From the human T2T-CHM13v2.0 reference genome, Homo sapiens, in NCBI RefSeq assembly GCF_009914755.1, contig NC_060932.1: a DNA stretch of 64,000 nt. One strand, given 5' to 3'. Shown piece by piece: positions 11,900-26,689 of this stretch. Position numbers and translations under genes: made by a program. Each line of letters begins with the position of its first letter. Within the stretch, counting starts at the first letter, position 1. Below the pieces are notes generated by a model, which saw only the letters and a list, made by a program, of their open reading frames with translations, was not told where the DNA came from and did no database searches.

Positions 11900-13284
11900 A
11901 AGAGGGCATGCAATTCAGCTGGAGCTTTTTGACTTCTTAGAAATATTTTCCAGCAAATTAAAAGTACCTGCTGCCAATGTTTTATATGTGTGTGTGACTG
12001 TGTGTGCAGAGATGTGTGAAAAAGCTATTTTCGTGGAAGTAAGAGATAACTCTGTATTGATTGAACTAAAGAAAAATCCTATAGAAATCTCTCCAAGTTG
12101 CTTTTTGAAATCTAGCCATCTTTTTTTCTAATGAGCCACTTGGGGGAAATGGATAGCAGGGGTATGGTGGGGAAATGTGATCTCTTTAGATGAGAACTTA
12201 ACCTGCTTACAGCAGTTTTACTCTAATTTTAACAGCACATTCTCGGTTCTGTTTTGTAGGCTACAAATGCAATAACTCCCTATCTTCTCTGTGTGTACAT
12301 GTTCACATGTCTATGATGCATTTTTGTTTGTATGTGGACATCCTGGGTTCTCACTCACACATTTGAGCCCTTGAGGGGGAATTTATGTGAGTGGAAAAGC
12401 CTTGGGGGACTGAGATATGACAGCTCAGAGCTGAAGCCTTAGTCCCCCTACTGATCAACCTATGACTCTGGCTAAGTCTTTTTACCTTGCCCCACCTCGT
12501 TTTCCCATCTGTAAAACGCCAAAGTTGGACTCTGACATTCTGTATACCTCTAAAATAATGTGATTCTTCAATAATCAAATCAACTTTGACTTCATCTTTT
12601 CAGTCACCAGCAAAATTGCATAGTCCAGGAGTGTTAGTTACCCCAGGTACACATGTGCACACCTGCACATACCACACTCAACAGGGAGACATCATGAATG
12701 CCTGAAAATTAATAATCTGTGTTCAAGCCCAGCAACTTTATAACCACTTTGAAACAATAAGCTGGCCAAAGCAAGACTAAACCTGCTGAATGGAAACCAG
12801 TTCATTTCTTGGGGAGAGGGGTAGGAAAAAAGGGGGCAGAATGGAAAGAAGGGGTAGAGAAAGACCAGAATGTGTAGGAGAGAAGAATGATAAGCTCTAG
12901 ACTTAATAGGAAAATTGCACTGCAATCACAAATCATGCCTGGTATAGAAACTTATATTTTCTTATAAGTGAGTTGTAGGCAATGCTGAGGTTTGTCCCCA
13001 ACATGTGAAGGAGGTTAATGAGCCAGAAGAGGACTTCTTAGGGTAGGAAGGTGGTGAAGGTATTATACAATAAAACCTTTAATAATTTTGGGGAAGTAGA
13101 TGAGAAATGGCCACTGGTGATTCATACAGATTTGGGCAGGATAATCTTGCAGAGAAATGGGGCCAGTGGCTTTACTTTGCATCCTAAAACCTTCAAACAA
13201 AAGTTGAAGAAAGAGTGCCACCCCTGTTAACCACAAACTAAACCAAGTGTCAGCTCTGTGTATGTTGTGGGGTGATAGGGTGGT

Positions 13285-13313
13285 GGGGGGCGGGGGGGGG
13301 GGGGGGGCGGCGG
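13285..13313 (+). repeat. Poly-G tract (G6-C-G16)
   Basis: Direct read, about 1.5 kb upstream of the STC1 TSS. Confidence 0.9.
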
Positions 13314-15327
13314 AGCGGTTCTGGGTGATGATAGCCTATCCCTCACAAAATAGGGTTGTTTGGTAAGTATGAAAGTTTGCTAGAAAAAGGAATAGAAGGA
13401 ATAAAGGATACAGGAAATATCTAAAAGAAAGGAAGGGAATTTTCAGATTTACATTATATAACAAGAATACATTTTAATTTATATTAACAGGCAGTATTGG
13501 TATTTCTTTAGAACCTTCTGGGCTGAGTGCTAGGGGACAATGTGGGAGGATAAATGAGAAGACATAGAGAAGAAGGTAAGTTCATTATTCTTGTCCTGAA
13601 GGTACTTACAGGTGAGTTGGGAAGATGACCAGCCACAGTCATACTTCCTAAAGGTTCGGGATGTCAGGACCTCATATAGTAAGACACAGGCTCAGGCAGC
13701 ACTGGCTGGAGATGGGGGGAAAGCTCTTGAGGGAAAGATCAGTGGGGAAAGATGTAAACTGCTGTTGTTGCTTTTTAAGAATTTAGGAAAAGCTATGCTA
13801 TTTCATTTTTAAAAAACAAAGCTTGTATTGTGGAAAGCTTCAAGGTTATTTGTATTGCTTTAGTTAGAAGTAGTAGATGCCAGGCAAGGCAATAGAATTT
13901 CTCAGTGCTCTCTTCCAGAAAGGGAGTAAGAGGACAGATGCGTATTCCTCCCAAGGGTCTTGACTTCTGTTCTTTAGCATTCTCTACCTCCTTGGCCATT
14001 ATTCATCATCTAAGGCAGTGCCATTTGTTTCTCTTGGGCTTTCCCTGAGTTGGTCTGCTTGGCTTGGTAGGGTGATGATTTACCACCAGCCATCTACTTT
14101 GTTTTTCCAACTCTCCGTTGCTCTCACCAGAACACGATGTCCTACAAGCATCAAGATGTGTTTGTGTTTTTTTTTTCTGATGTTGATTTATTATTCCTTC
14201 TTATTTTGCTCACTTACTATCTTGTGCCTGGAAGTTCATTGCTAGGTGTGCCAAGTGTTTCCCAATAACAGGTAAACTGTCCTTTGAAGAAATACAATAG
14301 TGGTCAGCCCATTGATTTGAATGTAACTAGTATGCATGCCAATGCATTTGAGAACCTTAGGGGAAGGAGCTGAAGTCTACATGAAATGCCCAGTGTAAAA
14401 TTTCTGCCTAGAATGTCATGGTATGTGGATATCCAAGTGCCCTCAATCATTGTGCAACTGTCTGGAACTGTGATATAGCAAGATAAAAGGGTCTTGGGGG
14501 CCCTGGTGGTGATGTCTGGTTTCTTTGTAACTTCTCTTGGGGGTCTGAGAGAATATGGAGGAGTTTGCTTAGCGCTCTTCACAGTCTGAGTTTTATCCTG
14601 TAAGGAACAGGAAGTTATTCGGGCTCTTGAGTAGGAATTGTTAAATGATGGGTGGAAATAAGTGTTTAGGCAAGATTATTTCATCATACTTATGATGGTT
14701 TGGAGGAAGAAAAGAACAGAAGTTTTAAGACTTGTTAATAACAGAATTTTGTTGATGAGATTCTGGCCTACAATGGTTGTGGCAGGAAAGGAAGGGAGAC
14801 AAATATGAGAGATGTTTTAAATGAACTGGAAATTATTAATTAACCTAAGGATTGTCTTGGGAAAAACCTTTCTCCCAGTTTAGTGGTAATGGAGATAATA
14901 CACATGAGGACTTTTCCCTCCTTATATTTTAGTTATGACTTTTAGTTGACAGGACTATCTAGTGTCTCTGTTAGGCAGGTGCTTTCTGGCATACTGTTGA
15001 GCAGCAGAATTACCTAAAAAAAGGACTTGACTGCAATGTGCGCCCAAGTGCGCCCAAGTGCAGTGGGTGGGAGGGGAGGGTATACTTTGCCATTGCCCTG
15101 AGCAGGGAAAGTGCTAAGAAGTTGGTGGGAGAAGCTGCCAACACCTAAGACTGGGTGATGATGCCCTGGCTGTGCCCGTGCAAGGCTGGCATGAGTTCAG
15201 TGAGAAGATTAAGCCAAAAGTCTCTGGGGCTTTGTTGGATTTGGCTAGCTTAAAGCTAAGCAGTGAACAGCTCTTTGCCTTTTGGTGAGAGGAGCCCAAG
15301 AACAGAGCATGTTTTCTTGGTAAATGT

Positions 15328-15329
<2 letters not shown>

Positions 15330-15358
<29 letters not shown>
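15330..15358. repeat. (GT)n microsatellite followed by a CACGTG E-box at 15361
   Basis: Direct read. Confidence 0.9.
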
Positions 15359-15361
<3 letters not shown>

Positions 15362-18300
15362 ACGTGTTTGGCTAACAGAATGCAAGACCCACCAAGGTTG
15401 TTTTGGCATAGTGACCAAAGTTGGACCATTTTTCTTTGGGAATTCTGAGCCTGTGTTTTTTTTGATTGGACTTTGGGCTGTTGATTCATGCCTTCCTAAC
15501 CTCAAGACAAAGAAGAAGAAGAAGGAAAATGAGGAAGATGAGGGGAAAACATTTTTATTTACTCTTCTATAAAGGCACCAGATTATCTGTGTGGACAGTC
15601 CTCAATTCATGAGAAAATCTGTGCCATTTGCAAGTCTTTGATTGCTGTAAACTCTACTAAAGAAAGAAGGTGAGAAAATATATTAAGAGGGCAAACTCCC
15701 CACTTCTCTCCTTTGTTGATGGAAGGTGACTGTGTGCCTGGTTCTAGGTCAGGTGTTGTGGGAAATGCAGAGATGGTTGACCTTTGCCTGTGCTCCATGA
15801 ATTCCCAAGCTAGTTCTTAAAGCATGCATGTTGTATTTGAAGAAGAATATCTGTTTTCTGGAAATACAATACAGCAAGTGGGTTGGAATAGAGTTTGTAG
15901 ATTTGGATTCAATTAACATTTACTGGGTGCCTATCTGCTCTATGCCAGGCATTACTGCAGAAACTTCTTAACTGTGAGCAAAGAACTGCTCTCCTCCCTT
16001 CCCACAGGAGGATCTGGGGATCCAAAGAGAAGAATGGCTCTCCCATAGTCTTAAAGTGGATGGTAGAAAAATCTCCTGAGATTTGCTTATTACAGAAACA
16101 ACTCTGGGTTCTTTAGTTGTGTGACCAGAGCAGTGATAGAGAGAGTGTACATGCTGACAGCCCTGCCCCTCAGGGTGCGGGGAGCAGGGTACAGGAAAAA
16201 GAAATAGGCAGGATGACCTGACATGCTTAAACCAGAACAGGCAAGTTGAAATTAGCCTCTACTCCTGTTAACATCTGCTTCTCATACCTTCACGTATAAG
16301 TTCCAATGTCACTTTATATCAGAGAGGACAAATTCATCATTCTAGAGCAGCCTGAAAATCTGCAAAGTTTCACATGAGGCTTCTGAAGCAAATAGGAAGA
16401 GGATTTGTGTGTCATGGAATCTGTCCTTTGAAATAGCTCTTGGGGAGACCTAAAATGACATTACTCTATTGAGACACATGAGGGCGCTCGGACCAACCAA
16501 CAATGAGGATCTGTTTCCTTTAAAATTAAAAAAAAAACAAAAAGTTGTGAATGCTGGCTATGTTCGATCAGCCTTTGTTTCATGTTGTCAGGATGCTTCT
16601 GTGTTAGTGGTCTAGGGCAGTCACCTATAACTTAGCCCTTGAGCTTGCAGATTAGTGTGGTCCTGCATATTTGGAAGTTTTGCACCATATACCATTCTAT
16701 GTACTATTCTATTATTGCCTGATAGGGAAATAGGTTGCAGGCAAGTTTCTTACCTGATCAGCCCCAGTCCTAAGTGAAGATCAATATCTGTACTCAAATT
16801 GTTCAAGGCAGTTGAGAGGATATGTCAGATAATACACTTGAGGTACTTTGGGCTTCTTAGTTTAAAAAGAGGATTCTATTTCAAGGTGGTAGTGAGCATT
16901 CCTCTTCATTACTAGAGAAAAAGAAACCTTTCATTCATTTTTCTACCTAGGATTTTTTTTTTCCAGTTGTCTCTAGGCAGATCAAGGCTGAATAACTTAA
17001 TCTATTTATGTCACTTTTTGTGCCCATCCTCCTGCTTGGAGATCTTCCAGGGGAGTGTGGGAGGCAGACATCAGGACAAACCTGTGCATCTGCTACTTCA
17101 TGCTCCTGTCCCCAGACACCTTTGTGAAGAAGGGGTTTTGCATTCAGTTGGATGCAGGGACTGGTTTGCAATACCCAAAGGGTGGGGCAGGCTGTCACGC
17201 TGAGCATGTCTGAGATGTGCAGACCCCTTCAGTGAGAGGGTCAGGGCTTACCACTTCCAGTGACAAATCCATCCATCAGTGTGCATTTATTTCTTTTGCT
17301 CTCTTTGCCGGAAATGGTGTCAGCATTGTGAGAGTGCAATGAAGTCGTGGGGCAAGGCTTGGGCTCATAACACTGAACCCAAGGTAGCATACGCATGGTG
17401 TTAAAACCGAGCTATAATGAGTAGGGCTGATCAGTGATGCCAATGAATTTGTGAAATAGAAATATTTAAAAGTCCACCCCAACAACCCATGCTGAAGCAT
17501 CATTCTGACATATTTAGCCTAAAGCCAGCTTGTCATTTGCAAAATGCTGTCAAATTGTAAAGAAGTGTCTTTCAGCCATTCCTAAGTGCTAGACAAATCT
17601 ATCATTACTAGTTTATTGGCTGAGAAAGAGAGGTGTGGGGAAGAAACAGCCTTTATACAAAGTTACCTGGCAAGTCAGGAAAAGGGCTAGACTAGGAGAT
17701 TATAGATTTCTTTACTTGATGTTTGGAAATCTTGCCAAGAATTTTTTATGGCAATTCAGATGTATTTTATAATCAAATTGCATTTAATATGCTTTAGGCT
17801 AAAGTGCAATTAAGAGACATCAGTTCCTGGCTCTGGATGGGTATCATGGGAGAATCAACATATTCCCATTACTATATCAGAGTAGTAAAGTGCAGAATGC
17901 AGAGTCAGAATTTATACTGTAAGATTTTGATCATGGTAGCAAAAATGGTCACCCAGTACCATTTTGTCTGCTTTTACAGAACACAGTTCTTGTTAGCTGT
18001 TTGGGAAATGAACTCTCTCAGCCCTTTTAAAAATTAATTGTAAGGAAATTTAGTGGAACAAATGGAAATCCAAGTGCAAAGGAAACACACTCTGGCCTCC
18101 AGGCAAGCATTTTCTTGAACATGTCATTCCGCTCTCCCTAGTGACAATAATAGGAAGGGGAGGAAGAGAGAGAAAAGTTACAGCTTTGGAGGAAGTGGTG
18201 AAATCCATAAGAGCAAAAATGTCATTGGGGGAGTCACTGCTGCTAGGATAGGGAAATTTAGCTCAAAAAACGGTGGAAGGGTGCAATTTTTTTTTCATGC

Positions 18301-18429
18301 AGCAAATTTTAATTATATTTTCATTGCTTTTCATATTTGTACTTAGAATAATTTCTTCACATAGTTGAAATTGATTGTCTTTACTGTTTCTCTTGTTAGA
18401 TTAACAAAGGAAAGGCCGTTTCCTCTGTG

Positions 18430-18431
<2 letters not shown>

Positions 18432-18473
<42 letters not shown>
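18432..18473. repeat. (GT)n microsatellite, about 20 units
   Basis: Direct read. Confidence 0.9.
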
Positions 18474-18474
<1 letters not shown>

Positions 18475-19367
18475 TACCCTTCTTTTCATTTAGTGTTTCA
18501 ATCATTCACAATAGACTTTGGTATACGGGAAACCATGTGAAATGAGTCATACTGTGAAAATCAAACATTTGAAGTGAGAAAAGTGTATTTCCTTACATGA
18601 TACATATCAGACCTTAAAAAATGGGTTGATTTGAAGAAGGGTTAATATTTTGGGCTTTTGGAATCATAGCTTCTTTTTTTTTTTTTTTTCTCCATAGAGG
18701 TAGAGAAATGGACTGACAGCTTAGACTTATTCCATGAGTCCAGATGTCTTTCCAGACCATTCAGAAAGGGACACAGACACAGAGTCATTCTCCAGAGATC
18801 CCTGTCGTTGCCCTCACTGGCCCTTTATTGCAGCCCAGGCTGGAGCTGAGGACGTGAAGGGCGGCCGTATTTTCACAGTGAGCAAGGCTCCGAGAATTCT
18901 TACCTTTATGTAATCCTTACTTTTTCCTTTTGAACAAGTGAAATTTCTTTAGACGACCTTTAGAAGCTATGAGGTTTTCTTTCAGCCTTGCTCCAACTCC
19001 TTCCCCCACTCACTCCTGAAAATGTTGCCTTTTGCCATCCAGAGCTCCTTTCAGAAGCCGTGAATGCGAAGCCACCAGCTGTGAAATAGGTGCTGTGAAT
19101 GGCTTGTCACAGGGAGGGGTAGATTTACTGAGAATGAGCTGTGCTTTGCTGCAGAATTCTGTGACTATTGCCAAAAAGGGTTTGCTACATGACAAAGAAT
19201 CCAAATTGTACTGTCTGTGGACCCTGAGGGCTGTGGAAGGTGGGGAGGGAGAATCCTCTATGTACCCTATTATTAGGTTCAGCAACTGAATCCAGGTGCT
19301 GCTCTTATGCCAGAGGCTTGGTTCATAATTTTGGTTCCTTACTGGTTGGAACTTCTGCAGCTCCAGG

Positions 19368-19401
19368 GTGTGCGCGCGTGTGTGTGTGTGTGTGTGTGTG
19401 T
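19368..19401. repeat. (GC)/(GT)n microsatellite
   Basis: Direct read: GTGTGCGCGCGTGTGT... Confidence 0.9.
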
Positions 19402-21739
19402 ACACATCATATGAGTGTATATCTACGGTCAAAAGGTATGGCCTTTCTCAACTCTAGGTTCTCATTCTCATGGAGCTCCTAAATCATAGCATGGCAAGCA
19501 TGTTAAAATGCACCCATATTCTATGATGTGTATTTTTATGTAATTATATATATAAAATGTCATGAACAGCAGTTGATTAGTTGGCATGCTGTTACATTTT
19601 GTAGATGGTTACTTAAATATATGTTTCAGCTTTGTGCAGTTTTCTTTTTGCATTTTTTTCTTTGGAGTAAGCATTTTTTCCCCAGTTCTCAATCGTCTTT
19701 AAGCCTTAGAAAAGCTTGTGGATGCTGGGCACCATCCTATAGTGACTAATGAATAAGGTGGCTCTGGGTTTTGAGTTCAAGAAAGAATTGTCAGACAGAA
19801 CACAGAGGCCCATTCATTTAAACCGACATTTCCCAGACTATGTTCCAATAGTCCTTTGAAATGTACCAAGAGAAAGGGACTCCATGCTCAAATTCATTTT
19901 GGTGTAGGGGAGTACCAGGAATATCAGCATGTGAAAGTCACCCAGAAATCCTGCAAGAAGAAAGCTTTTAAATTATTGAATCCAATGTTTCCCAAATGCA
20001 TTTGATTCAGAAATTTTATTTAAATGAGTACCACTTAGTATTCTCCTAAAAAACTAGTGTTCCTTGGAACTAACTTTGGGAGCTGCTGATTAGAAACCTC
20101 TTAACTGCCACGTTACATCCTCTGGGTTTACCTTGGTCCTACTCTGGACTACATTTTTATACCTGCAACCTCAGGCATCCTTCTTTACAGCCATATTCAG
20201 AATTAAACCCTCCTTTGCTTGAGGGTCAATAGGGCTTTGAGTCCTGGACATACACTAATTCAATTAATCTCACCATTGCAATCTTCATCACAACAGTGTA
20301 ATACAGGTATTATTATGCATATTGTACCTACAAAGAGAGTGAGGTTCAAGGAAGCCCTGTCAATAAGTAGAGTCTTTATTCAACAGAATATGGGGTGTAT
20401 AAGACTCTAGAGCCCATGATTCTAACCAATGGCATGTTATAGAAGAAAACTAAAACACTGAATCCAGAAATAAGTATATTTAAGAATCCGGGACATGGCT
20501 ATGCCCCATTTTCATTCCACTGTAGGTCTCTCCATATATGTCTTCTATCTATTGCTCTAGGAAAGGTAATAGAAAGTGTGTGTTTCCTTTAGGTCCTGGT
20601 AAACTCTACCTTCAACTGAACAAAACTCTTCTAAACTGCCTGATGAAGCAGCTTAGGGAGGAGGGAGTGCAGGCATTCATGACCAGTATCTCTCCCCCAG
20701 TTTAGAAAGCTCTCTCTGCTGCTGACAATGTGCAGGGTGGTTGGGCCAGGTTGCACCCAGAGGTTCAGGATTGCTTCTTCCTTTGGGATTTCTCTCTGGC
20801 TTCCGCTCCTCAATGGCCATTTTTCCACATGGATCCTTCTAGTAATCACTGCTGAGGTAGTTGCTGGCTACCTAAAATACTGCAGCAAAACAGAATCATC
20901 TGGGATGCCCTTTTCTCTCTTTTCAATTTTGTCCCATTAAAATTGCTCTTGCCTCTCACTAGGGAATGGCCCAATCTCTGCTTGAGGGTTACTTTCTTGA
21001 CTTGAGAAAATGGAGGGGCAGCCCCATGGCTGCTTTGATGAGTCTGTAGAGTGCATGGTGTCTTGGCTTTCTCTCTATACAAAGAGAGGAACTTCAGAAT
21101 TACAGCTCTAATATTGCTCCTCATTTGAGGAGTCCCAAGTCCTTACTCCTCAAAACTGCTGGGGAAAATTCTAAGCTTATGCCTTTCTCCATTCACATGT
21201 AGTATGGAGGGTGCACACCTAGTAAAGGTCACAGAATCTAGTATTTGTAAGCATCTCCTTTTATAGAAGGGCCTCTGTGTGCCACCTAAGTAGTTGATTC
21301 TCCATTAGTGAGATCCTTTGTCTGAGCTCTAAGACTTTGTATAGTTATAGCCTTCCCATGGCTTGTTTTCTTGGAGGGTGGATTTATGGAGGAATGGATA
21401 TAAAATTGCACACCTATACTCTCCAGGCTTTGTAGCTGTGTGAAACAACAACAAAAAGCCAAATTATTGAAATAAAAAGGATAATTAACATTATTTTATG
21501 TTTCTCTTTCATGCTATTTCTAAGCTGAGATCATCATCAGGGATAGGAAGAAAATATGCTAAATATTACTTAGGCATTTGACATGATATGAAGGAAAAAG
21601 TCTAATCACATTCTTATGTATACCATTATGTTCAGTTCTCTATTAATATCAATAGTTTGGCTGAGTGAAAATTACAGGCTAACATTGAACAAAGAGTCAC
21701 AAATGTGCTCAGTGTTGCAACTCAAAAATTCAAGATGAG

Positions 21740-22870
21740 AATCAGACTGAGCCTGGGTTGGGTGACTAGAGAAGGTTTCCTAAAGGAAGAGATGTTTAAG
21801 CTGAAATCTAAGTAGCTAAGAAGTAGTTAGACAATAGCAGGGACAGGGTAGTTGGTTGCACAACTCTGGAGATCACTAGTTACAGTATCTAGACTAGTCC
21901 TGAGTGTGGAGCGTGTGAAATTAGGTTGATTAGTGGGGAGAGGTTTCTAGTGAGAGGGAGCAGCATGTGTGACTATCCTGAGATGCAGTATGGTGGGTAC
22001 GAGAAACTGAAAAATGTACGATATGGAGAAACTTGGGGAAAGGAAGAGTGATATTAGATGAGACCAAAGAGATTGGATGGGGCTAGATCAAGCATGATTT
22101 TGTAGTCCCTGTTAAGGCTTTTGGACTCTTCCTAAGGGCAATGTGAGAGCACTAAAGGATTTAAAGTAGGCGAATGCCAGGGTGGGATTTGCATTAATAG
22201 TATATACTTCATACTACAGTATGAAGAATAGGTTGGTTGAGAACTAAAGTAGAGTAGGTAGACTAGTGGGAGATGAACCATAATGAATGTTGTTTGGACT
22301 ACAGTGATAGCAGAGTTGGAGTAAAAGAAATGGGTCCAAAAGATATTTAGTGGGTAGAGGGAGTGTGAAGAGAGGGAGTGTGTGAATTCAAGGATAATTT
22401 CCAAGTTTCTGTCTTGAACTGGTTGGATGAAGGCAACATTTACTGAGATATGGAACACTGGTGGGAGAGAGTTTTCTGTGTGTCAATGCAAGAGGATGAC
22501 CTCGGTTTTGGACAAATTTAATTAAGATGTTAGCATGTCTAATAGAAAATTTTGAGTAGGTGGTTGCTTTTGTGGATTGCGAGCTCAGGAGGGGAGTCAG
22601 CTGGAGTTATAAATTTGCTGGCTATCAGGTTCTGGAAACCATAGAAATTGGTGAGATTATTTAAGGGGAAAGCATTGAGTTAGAAACAAGGAAAGTCAAA
22701 AAAGTAAGCCGTCTATAGAAATCATACACACCTTAAATGGTTGGGTAGAGGAAGGAGATTATGAAGGAGATTTAAATGGCATGTTCAAGGGAGGTAAGAA
22801 GATCTAGTCAGCAAAGGCAAAGGAAAAGATTGTTTAGGAGGAAGGAAGTAGTTAACTGTTAAGTGCTATA
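21740..22870. mobile_element. Degenerate LINE-2 fragment(s), approximate limits
   Basis: Purine-rich L2-like motifs such as GAAGGTTTCCTAAAGGAAG...TTTAAGCTGA and GTTAAGGCTTTTGGACT...AGGGCAATG. Confidence 0.6.
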
Positions 22871-23524
22871 GAGAGAACAAGGATATAAGGCTGGAAGTAA
22901 CAGAAAACCTGATTCAAATTGCTTAAACAACCAGGGTATGTATTGACTCTTCCTACTAGAATTTTAGAAGTAGAGAAGGCTTCCAGTTCACCTTATTCTA
23001 ATGGTTCTGTCTTCATTACTCTGGATTCTCTTGGGGGTACCCTTCTCTGTGTGTTGGTTTTATCGTGAGACTATTTCCCTCATGGAGACAAAATGGTTAT
23101 AGTTGCTTCTGGTTTCACATCAGTACCTTCTGGCATCCAGAAGAGAATTTTTGTCTCTTCTACTTGCTCACACTTCAGAGGGAGAAAACTTAACTTTACA
23201 GAAGCCCCTGGTATACTCTTCCTGGCTTATTATTGGGCTAAATTGAGTCATGCTTATTCCTGAACCAAATCCTGGACAGAAAAATACCTTGCATTTAATG
23301 ACTTAAATGTGATTTCCCAAATTTATTATTGCTAAGGCATTAGGGGTAAATAAACCAATAAATCCTACCTCAGGAAATAGGAATTATCTTCCCTTGAGTC
23401 ATAAGACTAGAGTTTTTTTGGGGATGGTGAAGGAGAGAACAGATGTAGGTTGGGCAACCAACAATGTCCACTATATTAACATAAGCAAGAAATGAGAATT
23501 GCTTATTGGAATTAAAAAAAATTG

Positions 23525-25140
<1,616 letters not shown>

Positions 25141-25820
25141 AGCATATATATGTAAAATCAATTGCATATATGCAATTAATTTTCAACAAGTATATATATG
25201 TATGCGTATATATATACACACATATACATGTATATGTATGTACATGCATGTACATGTATGTGTATATATTCCTATATTGTCTCTCATGTTTGTCCCTTTA
25301 TTCGGTTTCCACCCACTTTGATCTTCCAAAGTAATTATTCTTAACAGTGTGGTGAGTATTCTGCTAGATAGAATGCAATACCCAATGTTATCATTGCTTC
25401 AAAATTTAAATGGGATTACATTGCACATATTGCCCTGTAATTTGCTTTTTTCTCTTTAAATACATGTCTTGGAAATAAGTAAATACAAATACACCTTATT
25501 ATTTTTAAACTGTTCTATAGAATTAGTGTGCAAGATATATAGCCAGCCTCTGAATGAGGGACATTTAGCTTGTTCAAATATTTTCAGTGTTACAAATTAC
25601 ATCATTGTAAATGCCTTTTGGGGCATGCATAAGCTTTTCTGTAAAATAGGTTCTTCAAGGTAGAATTTTTGGATCAAAGGGTAAGCACATAAAATTTTAT
25701 ATGTGCTTAAAATATCACCTAAAGGCTATATCATTTTTTGAACAATCTATGAAAATAATTATTTTATCCATACACTCACCAATGCTGAACATTAGCAACT
25801 AAAAAAAATTTGGTGAAATT

Positions 25821-26186
25821 AATGGAATACTATGAAACTATGAAGAAGAACAAGATCATGTCCTTTGCAGGAACATGGATGGAGCTGGAGGCCATTGTCC
25901 TTAACAAACTAACACAAGAACAGAAAACCAAATACCACATTTTCTCACTTATAAGTGGAAGCTAAATGATGAGAACACATGGATGCATAGAGGGGAACAA
26001 CACACACTGGGCTTTTCAGAAGGTGGAGGGTTGGAGGAGGGAGAGAATCAGGAAAAATAACTAATGAGTACTAGGCTTAATACCTGGGTGATAAAATAAT
26101 TTGTACAACAAGCCCCCATGACACACAGTTATCTATATAACAAACCTGCACATCTGCCCCTGAACTTGAAATAAAAGTTAAAAAAA
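25821..26186 (+). mobile_element. 5'-truncated primate L1 (L1PA/PB type) 3' end
   Basis: AAGATCATGTCCTTTGCAGGAACATGGATGGAGCTGGAGG...AATAAAAGTTAAAAAAA, with near-identical flanks (TTTGGTGAAATT / TTTGGCGAAATT). Confidence 0.9.
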
Positions 26187-26689
26187 TTTTTGGCGAAATT
26201 GAATGGTCATTGTAATTTATCTCCTATATTACTATTGTGTCTTGCAAAGTGAATTTTTTTCTCTATTTTAAATGTTTTGTTTGTATTTTTGCTTTATTCA
26301 GATTTTCTACCCTTTTCTGAGTTTATGTTGGCAATTTATGTTTTTCCTAGAAAAACGTATTCATCTACATTTCATTACATTAGAATAAGTTTCTCTATGG
26401 TATTCCCTTTGAATTAGTGAAATTTCCTCTGTAGCTGTGATTGAGACCATCTGTCGGCTTTTAATATTGTTTATTTGTATCCTCTGCTTTTTTTAATTAG
26501 TAAGACTTGTTAAAGATTTGTTCATGTGTTTTCAAAGCACCATTGAGTTTTATTAAATCTTCTAATTAAAATCTTTCTATATCCTCATTAATTTATTTTT
26601 TCCACTTTTAACATGCTTGTTTTGCTGTTAGTTTTATCCCTTTTTGGAAAATATTTTTAAAAATTTTATGTGATCAATATTCAATATTT

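Noticed and set aside
11628-11909. ATG-initiated poly-Ala ORF (93 aa) over the repeat
   Set aside because: Its ATG at 11909 lies upstream of the TATA box and estimated TSS, so it is not in the main mRNA.
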